Assembly (NCBI GenBank): GCA_934486965.1
Contig: CAKSQP010000001.1
Span: 1-57,891 of the forward strand
Length of the DNA: 57,891 nt
Source: an uncultured Eubacteriales bacterium
GTDB taxonomy: Bacteria; Bacillota; Clostridia; Oscillospirales; UBA644
Direction of reading: 5' to 3'
The notes below the pieces were generated by a model that did not search any database, was not told the DNA's origin, and saw only the letters and a list, made by a program, of their open reading frames with translations. Positions 8,749 through 14,895 of this stretch are shown here, one piece after another (position 1 is the first letter of the stretch; every line of letters starts with the position of its first letter). Position numbers and translations under genes: made by a program.

Positions 8749-10611
8749 ATGAAAAACAACTCTGACACAAATATGACCCCGAGCGCAGAAAACGACTGCG
8801 TTCGGGACTTTTCCTTTCTTCCCGTCTCAAAAGAGGATATGGCGGCGAGAGGGATAGACGAACTCGACTTCGTTTATGTCACGGGCGACGCTTATGTCGA
8901 TCACCCGTCTTTCGGCGCGGCGATAATCTGCCGCCTTATCGAAAGTCTCGGCTATACGATAGGGATTATCCCCCAGCCCGACTGGCACACGACCGAGGAT
9001 TTTTGCAGGCTCGGCCGCCCGCGTTACGGCTTTATGGTCTCGTCGGGGAATATCGACTCGATGGTCAATAACTACACCGTCGCGAAAAACCGCCGTTCCG
9101 AGGACAGTTATTCTCCGGGCGGGAAAAACGGAAAACGTCCCGACAGGGCGGTCATCGTCTACTGCAACAGAATAAGGGAGGCTTACGGGAAAATCCCCAT
9201 AGTTATCGGAGGTCTTGAGGCGTCCCTGCGGCGTTTTGCCCACTATGACTACTGGCAGAACGAAGTCAGGCGCTCTATCCTTTTCGACAGCGGCGCGGAT
9301 ATCCTTTCCTACGGAATGGGCGAACATCAGACCGCAGAGATCGTCACCCGTCTTGCCGCGGGCGAAGACGTTTCGACAATGACCGATATTGCGGGAACCT
9401 GCGTTATCGTTTCGGAAAAACCCGAAGACGGCGAGGAATGTCCGTCCTTTGAAAAAGTCAAAAAGGACAAGCGCGCTTATGCGGACGCGACGAGAATTCA
9501 GTTTAACGCTCAGGACCCTTACACCTCAAAACCGCTTTATCAGAAACATTCCTTGAAATACTTAAAGCAGAACCCGCCCGCCGAACCTCTCGACAGAAGA
9601 GAACTCGACGAAGTTTACGACCTGCCTTTTACCCGCCGCTATCACCCGATGTACGAAAAGGACGGCGGCGTTCCCGCAATTCTCGAAGTCGGGCAGTCGA
9701 TTGCCCATAACCGCGGCTGTTTCGGCGGCTGTAACTTCTGCGCGATAACCTTTCATCAGGGTCGGTACGTCACCTCCCGAAGCAAGGAATCGGTCGTAAA
9801 AGAGGCGAAAAAGATAACCGAAAGCCCCGATTTCAAGGGATATATCCACGACGTCGGCGGTCCTACCGCGAATTTCAGACAGTCGTCCTGCGGCAAAAAG
9901 TCGATGTGCAAAAACCGCAAATGCCTCGCTCCGACGCCCTGCCCCGCCCTCAAAGTCGATCACCGCGAATATTCCGACCTTCTGCGGACGCTCCGAAACC
10001 TGCCGAAAGTCAAAAAAGTTTTCGTCCGTTCGGGTATCCGCTTCGACTATCTTATCCTCGACAAAAACGACGAATTCTTCAACGACCTCGTGAAATACCA
10101 CATAAGCGGACAGTTAAAGGTCGCCCCCGAACATTGCTCCGATCGCGTTCTCAAATATATGGGCAAACCGCCTTTCCGCGTTTACGAAAAATTTTACGAC
10201 AAGTTCTATAAAATAAACAAACAACTCGATATGAAGCAGTATCTCGTGCCTTACCTGATGTCTTCGCACCCCGGTTCGACGCTTGAAGACGCGATAGCCC
10301 TCGCTCTTTATCTGCGGAAGATAAACTACCACCCCGAACAGGTTCAGGACTTCTACCCGACCCCCGGAACGCTTTCGACCGCGATGTTCTATACCGAACT
10401 CGACCCGATGACGATGGAACCCGTCTACGTTCCGAAAACGGCAAAGGAAAAGGCAATGCAGCGCGCCCTGCTCCAATATACGAATCCGAAAAACGAACCG
10501 CTCGTAAGGGAGGCGCTGACCCTCGCGGGGCGAAAAGATCTCATTCCGATATTCATTCGAAGAAAAAACTTTTCAAAAACTTCGAATTTAACAAAAAAGA
10601 AACATAAATGA
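8749..10611 (+). CDS. YgiQ-family radical SAM protein (UPF0313)
   Basis: The 620-aa ORF has the radical-SAM cluster motif CFGGCNFCAITFHQG and an N-terminal segment VYVTGDAYVDHPSFG typical of YgiQ. Confidence 0.85.
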   Translation: MKNNSDTNMTPSAENDCVRDFSFLPVSKEDMAARGIDELDFVYVTGDAYVDHPSFGAAIICRLIESLGYTIGIIPQPDWHTTEDFCRLGRPRYGFMVSSGNIDSMVNNYTVAKNRRSEDSYSPGGKNGKRPDRAVIVYCNRIREAYGKIPIVIGGLEASLRRFAHYDYWQNEVRRSILFDSGADILSYGMGEHQTAEIVTRLAAGEDVSTMTDIAGTCVIVSEKPEDGEECPSFEKVKKDKRAYADATRIQFNAQDPYTSKPLYQKHSLKYLKQNPPAEPLDRRELDEVYDLPFTRRYHPMYEKDGGVPAILEVGQSIAHNRGCFGGCNFCAITFHQGRYVTSRSKESVVKEAKKITESPDFKGYIHDVGGPTANFRQSSCGKKSMCKNRKCLAPTPCPALKVDHREYSDLLRTLRNLPKVKKVFVRSGIRFDYLILDKNDEFFNDLVKYHISGQLKVAPEHCSDRVLKYMGKPPFRVYEKFYDKFYKINKQLDMKQYLVPYLMSSHPGSTLEDAIALALYLRKINYHPEQVQDFYPTPGTLSTAMFYTELDPMTMEPVYVPKTAKEKAMQRALLQYTNPKNEPLVREALTLAGRKDLIPIFIRRKNFSKTSNLTKKKHK

Positions 10612-10703
10612 CAAATTTTTGTCTTATTATCGTTTTATAATTTTTATATAAATGTAAAAAACCTACATATTGGAAGAAAAAAAATTTCAGGAGGTCAAGC
10701 GAC

Positions 10704-11393
10704 ATGGAAAAAACAATCTTAATCGCCGACGACAACAAGGACATAGTTGATATATTGAAGATCTATGCCCAGAAGGAAGGCTACAAATATGTTTGTGCCT
10801 ACGACGGCGAACAGGCTCTCAAAATGTGGAAGGAGTACAATCCGTGTATCATTCTGCTCGACGTAATGATGCCGAAGATGAACGGATACGACGTCTGTAA
10901 ACAGATAAGACAGACCTCCAACGTTCCTATTATAATGGTCACCGCAAAGCAGGAAGAAGCGGACAAGATAATGGGTCTCGACTACGGCGCGGACGACTAT
11001 GTAATCAAACCGTTCAGCCCGAGAGAAGTCATGACCAGAGTCAAGGCGGTGCTCCGCAGAGTTACCGACGACGTCGTCGATGAGAAGAGCAAGAGAATAG
11101 AAATCGCGGGTCTCTGCATCGACATGAACAGTTACGAAGCGTCCGTCAACGGCAAACCCATCGTACTTACCAAAAAAGAAATTGAGATCCTCTGGCTCTT
11201 CGTCACGAACCCCGGCAGAGTTTTCACGAGAGACCATCTTCTCGAAAATATCTGGGGCTACGAATATTTCGGAGATACCCGTACCGTTGATACTCACATC
11301 AAGAGAATACGTACAAAACTCAACCTTGACAGCACCGTCGGTTTCGATATCAAGACCGTATGGGGCGTCGGCTATAAATTCGAGGTAAAATAA
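10704..11393 (+). CDS. OmpR-family response regulator
   Basis: The 229-aa ORF has a receiver domain (ILLDVMMPKMNG, TAK..., DDYVIKPF) and a winged-helix output domain (TVWGVGYKF). Confidence 0.9.
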   Translation: MEKTILIADDNKDIVDILKIYAQKEGYKYVCAYDGEQALKMWKEYNPCIILLDVMMPKMNGYDVCKQIRQTSNVPIIMVTAKQEEADKIMGLDYGADDYVIKPFSPREVMTRVKAVLRRVTDDVVDEKSKRIEIAGLCIDMNSYEASVNGKPIVLTKKEIEILWLFVTNPGRVFTRDHLLENIWGYEYFGDTRTVDTHIKRIRTKLNLDSTVGFDIKTVWGVGYKFEVK

Positions 11394-11396
11394 GAT

Positions 11397-13157
11397 ATGT
11401 TCAAGAGCATTACAGCCAAACTGACTTTGCTCTTTACCTGTCTTGCCGTTCTTATAGCCCTTATATCCGGACTTTCCTTTACCGCGCTTTACGGAAACCA
11501 CCTGCGCGAAGAGGAGAAAAAAGAAATGGAAAGCTGTGCGACGCAAGTTGCACAGCTTATTAAAAATGAGAACATGCTTGCGACCCTCGACCGCAAACTC
11601 CCGACGATAGGGTATATATCGCAGGCGACGGGCTATGATATATGGGTCTGCCATTCGACGGGTACGTTTTTCATAACGGGTTCGGCGACGAGCCCCTCAA
11701 GAACCGCGGACCTTTCGGGAAGCGCCGATTCCTTTGTAAAAGGAGTCCTTCAGGGATATTCCCGTATCGGCAACGATTTTTCGGACTATCTGAAGAGCGA
11801 CAGCCTTTCGGTCGGAGTTCCGATACTTTCACAGGCAAATTCCGACGGAAAGATCGCGGGTGCGGTGATCCTGCACGCGACCGAAAGCAGTTACGGCGCG
11901 TTTATCCGCACTTCGTGGCTGTATATCTTCGCAATGATAGTCGTTTCTCTGATTTTTTCGTTTGCAGTCGGTCTTATCTTCTCTTCGCAGTTTGTAAAAC
12001 CGCTTAAGGAAATTTCGACGGCGGCGGCGGAAATGTCGCACGGAAACTACGACGTCAGGGTCGGACACTTAAATCAGCCCGAACTCAATATGATAGGCGA
12101 CAGTATAAACAGCCTTGCCAGAACCACAAAAGACTCCGTTTCCGATATTTCGAACGAGACTGCGAAACTTTCGAACATAATCGAAAACATTTCGGACGGG
12201 CTCGCGGTCTACGACACAAACCTGAATCTCGTAAGATACAACGCCGCACTCCTGAATATCTGCGACGAAGACTATTTCCTGCGGGACGACGTAAGAAACG
12301 CGATGCTCGAAGTTATGGAGGACGGCAAAGCGCAGAACGTCACGATAGAGGTAAAGAACAAGATACTTTCTTTCACGATAACCCGGATAAAGAGCCTTGA
12401 AAAGGTCGAAGGAGTTATCGCCGTCGTAAGCGACATCACCGAAAGAGAAAGACTTGAACAGACAAGACGCGAATTCGTTTCGAACGTTTCGCACGAGTTC
12501 AGAACTCCGCTGACGATAATCAGAGGCGCGGTCGAACTCCTTATGGACGACGTTCTCGACAGCGAGGAAGCAAAAAAACAGTGCTATCAGAAGATAGACA
12601 CCGAATCGGCGGCGCTGACAAACCTTGTCAAAGACCTGCTCGACACCTCGCGTATGAAGTCGGGTAAAATAAAGATCGAACCGAGAGAAGTCGACCTCGA
12701 CGCTCTCGCGAAGACGATAACCGACAATATGCAGATGATCGCGTCAAACAAAAAGATAAGGATAAACTACGAGCCCGTAAGTATCCCGCCCGTCTGGGGC
12801 GACGAGGCAAGGCTCCGCCAACTTATGATAATCTTTATCGACAACGCGATAAAATTCACGCCCGAAAAAGGCACGATAACCGTTTCGATATATGCAAAAA
12901 ACAAAAAAGCGTATCTTTGCGTAAAGGATACCGGCTGCGGTATCCCGAAAGAAGATCAGCCGTATATTTTCGAAAGATTCTATAAGGTCGACAAAGCGCG
13001 CGGCGGCAGCGAAACGGGAACGGGCCTCGGACTTGCTATCGCATGGCAGATAGCGAAACTGCACAAGGGAACTATCCTTATCGAAAGCGAACCCGGTCAC
13101 GGCACGACTTTCAAAACGGTCCTTCCCCTCGCGGATAAAGAAGAGGACGAAGAATAA
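11397..13157 (+). CDS. Sensor histidine kinase (TM-HAMP-PAS-HisKA-HATPase)
   Basis: The 586-aa ORF has two transmembrane segments, the H-box SHEFRTPLT, and ATP-lid motifs DTGCGIP and GTGLGLAIA. It begins 3 nt after the response regulator gene. Confidence 0.9.
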   Translation: MFKSITAKLTLLFTCLAVLIALISGLSFTALYGNHLREEEKKEMESCATQVAQLIKNENMLATLDRKLPTIGYISQATGYDIWVCHSTGTFFITGSATSPSRTADLSGSADSFVKGVLQGYSRIGNDFSDYLKSDSLSVGVPILSQANSDGKIAGAVILHATESSYGAFIRTSWLYIFAMIVVSLIFSFAVGLIFSSQFVKPLKEISTAAAEMSHGNYDVRVGHLNQPELNMIGDSINSLARTTKDSVSDISNETAKLSNIIENISDGLAVYDTNLNLVRYNAALLNICDEDYFLRDDVRNAMLEVMEDGKAQNVTIEVKNKILSFTITRIKSLEKVEGVIAVVSDITERERLEQTRREFVSNVSHEFRTPLTIIRGAVELLMDDVLDSEEAKKQCYQKIDTESAALTNLVKDLLDTSRMKSGKIKIEPREVDLDALAKTITDNMQMIASNKKIRINYEPVSIPPVWGDEARLRQLMIIFIDNAIKFTPEKGTITVSIYAKNKKAYLCVKDTGCGIPKEDQPYIFERFYKVDKARGGSETGTGLGLAIAWQIAKLHKGTILIESEPGHGTTFKTVLPLADKEEDEE

Positions 13158-13249
13158 GGAGACCCGAAACGCAGATTTTGCGTTTTCCGGTGGAAACATT
13201 TGAAAAACCACCGTCCGAATGAAGTCGGTAGGTCTGATGAATAAAGTGT

Positions 13250-13285
13250 GAATGCGGAGTGTAATGCTCCGCATTCTTAATCTTG
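13250..13285 (+). terminator. Hairpin terminator after the histidine kinase gene
   Basis: A 10-bp stem pairs GAATGCGGAG (13250-13259) with CTCCGCATTC (13267-13276), followed by TTAATCTT. A weaker hairpin lies at 13167-13185. Confidence 0.5.
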
Positions 13286-13341
13286 ATGCAAAATAACTTC
13301 CTTTAAAATATACTCATTTTAATTTGTGGGGTGGGCAACAG

Positions 13342-14037
13342 ATGATATTATATTTTTCTGCGACAGGAAACTGTAAATACGTTGCAATGCGGCTCGTACA
13401 ATCCAAAGAACAGGAGATGCTTTCCATTGTGGATTGCATTCGAGAAAGCCGTTTTGCTTTTGAAGATGATATGATCGGCATTGTTTCTCCTACCTATGAT
13501 TGGGGACTGCCGAGCATTGTCCGAGAATTTTTGGAAAAGGCATCTTTTCGGACGGATTATCTGTATTTTGTTTCGACCTACGGAACAACCCCGGGTGCTA
13601 TCGGAGCGATGGCTGCAAAATCCGTTCACGGAAGAAAAATAGATGCTTCCACGCCTGAAAAGGTAGCGAAATTCACAAGAACAACAGAATCGGAAATCAA
13701 TGATTTGATTTGCGGTGTAAACGCCGGACGCATAAACCGGCACATGTCTCCCCGAACACCTGCATTCATCACAGAACTGATCGGAAAGCCTATTTACGAC
13801 AAGAAAGTTCGTCTTACTTCAAATTTTTATGTAGAGGACAGTTGTATCGGCTGCGGTCTGTGTGCGAAGAAATGCCCTGTATGTGCCATTGAAATACAAA
13901 ACAAGAAACCCAAATGGGTCAAAGACAAGTGCGTTATGTGCTTGGGGTGTTTGCATCGTTGTCCCGAATTTGCCATTCAATACGGCAAAAACACCAAGAA
14001 GCACGGACAGTACACAAATCCGAATGTTAAAATATAA
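13342..14037 (+). CDS. EFR1-type flavodoxin-like / 2x[4Fe-4S] ferredoxin fusion protein
   Basis: The start MILYFSATGNCKYVA is a flavodoxin-like N-terminus. The C-terminus has two ferredoxin motifs, CIGCGLCAKKCP and CVMCLGCLHRCP. The gene is visibly more AT-rich, with different codon choices from its neighbours. Confidence 0.8.
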   Translation: MILYFSATGNCKYVAMRLVQSKEQEMLSIVDCIRESRFAFEDDMIGIVSPTYDWGLPSIVREFLEKASFRTDYLYFVSTYGTTPGAIGAMAAKSVHGRKIDASTPEKVAKFTRTTESEINDLICGVNAGRINRHMSPRTPAFITELIGKPIYDKKVRLTSNFYVEDSCIGCGLCAKKCPVCAIEIQNKKPKWVKDKCVMCLGCLHRCPEFAIQYGKNTKKHGQYTNPNVKI

Positions 14038-14110
14038 ATTCCGGTTCTGCGGTATGATTATTTACTGAAATGCCGATTGATTATTGCCGATCGTGCTATA
14101 TACTATATTC

Positions 14111-14261
14111 TCATGGCAAAACTTTGGCAACAGAAAAGCAATAAACCAAAATAAAAACAGCGTAAAATAACGGCAGATTTCAACAAAACAGTTTAAGTTA
14201 AAGCAACAACTTTCCTATTTGGACAACTCAATAAGCGGCTGCGAAATTTGCAGCCGCTTAT
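14111..14261 (+). ncRNA. Candidate ~150-nt A/C-rich small RNA, or alternatively a long 3' UTR of the ferredoxin gene
   Basis: A possible promoter reads TTGATT (14077-14082), 16 nt, TATACT (14099-14104), with TG at 14094-14095. The downstream sequence is ORF-free, A/C-rich and ends in the 12-bp-stem hairpin at 14231-14261. No homology evidence is available. Confidence 0.25.
14231..14261. terminator. Strong hairpin at the left border of the C-rich tract
   Basis: ATAAGCGGCTGC (14231-14242) pairs with GCAGCCGCTTAT (14250-14261) around the loop GAAATTT. The T-tail is only modest on either strand. Confidence 0.5.
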
Positions 14262-14854
14262 CTCATTTCCGTTTCCCGCCCCCGCTCGACGACCCTCCTA
14301 TCCGTCCCCTGCAATCCCGCACTTTTCCCCTTATCCGCAATTGCCCCGCAACTCTACCCCACCTTTGGCTTTTTTATCCGTCGCCCGCAACACGCCCGCC
14401 TTTCATTTTTCCGCTTTGTTATCCCCCATATCCGCAATCGCCCCGCAGAACTCTCCTTATACACGGAAATCTCCCGCAGTGTTCCCCTTTCAGAGCGCCC
14501 CTCGCGGCCTCCTCTCCGCAGCCCACGCGTTCCCCTTTCCGCAGCCCTCGTCGGTCCTCTCTCCGCAGCCCGCATCGTTCCTCTCTCCGCAGCCCGCATT
14601 CCCGCACTCTTTATTCCCACCTGTTCGCCCTTTCCCCTACCCGCAGAAACGCCGCCTCGACACACACCTCTCCGCCCTCGCAGGAAAAACAGAGTTCGGC
14701 TTTTCCTCGCAATCCCGCACTTTTCCCGAGGTCGGGAACCATGCATTTTATCTCCCCGACACGCTCCGCACCACTCCGACACCCGCAATTTCGCGTTTTT
14801 TATTTCGCCGACACCCGAATTTCCGAATATCCCCCCCGATATCGGCAAAAAGTC
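14262..14854. other. Non-coding polypyrimidine, C-rich and G-poor tract with reiterated CCGCA motifs; function unknown
   Basis: In 14281-14340 I count 30 C against 7 G. CCGCA occurs 18 times between 14316 and 14790. Repeat details are in the findings. There is no RBS-preceded ORF. Confidence 0.6.
14555..14602. repeat. 24-nt tandem duplication inside the C-rich tract
   Basis: TCCTCTCTCCGCAGCCCGCATCGT (14555-14578) is followed by TCCTCTCTCCGCAGCCCGCATTCC (14579-14602). The first 21 nt are identical. A degenerate third copy lies at about 14505-14530. Confidence 0.85.
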
Positions 14855-14895
14855 AACCCGACAGGAAAAATTTCTCCTGTCGGGTTGTTGTTTTA
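14855..14895. terminator. Bidirectional intrinsic terminator (3' end of the surface-protein gene and right border of the C-rich tract)
   Basis: A 12-bp stem pairs AACCCGACAGGA (14855-14866) with TCCTGTCGGGTT (14875-14886). T-runs follow on both strands (GTTGTTTTATT on plus, GACTTTTTG on minus). Confidence 0.8.

Noticed and set aside
10719-11654. 311-aa minus-strand ORF opposite the first response regulator and kinase start. There are similar antisense ORFs elsewhere (17275-18219, 12744-13274, 46017-46514, 47061-47723).
   Set aside because: All are antisense to genes with clear family motifs and lack an RBS. This genome's codon usage evidently leaves the reverse frames open.
14505-14605. Possible CRISPR-like or minisatellite array (24-nt repeats)
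   Set aside because: The copies are directly adjacent with no spacers. There are only two good copies plus one degenerate copy, and there are no cas genes in the window. It is a tandem duplication within the C-rich tract, not a CRISPR array.
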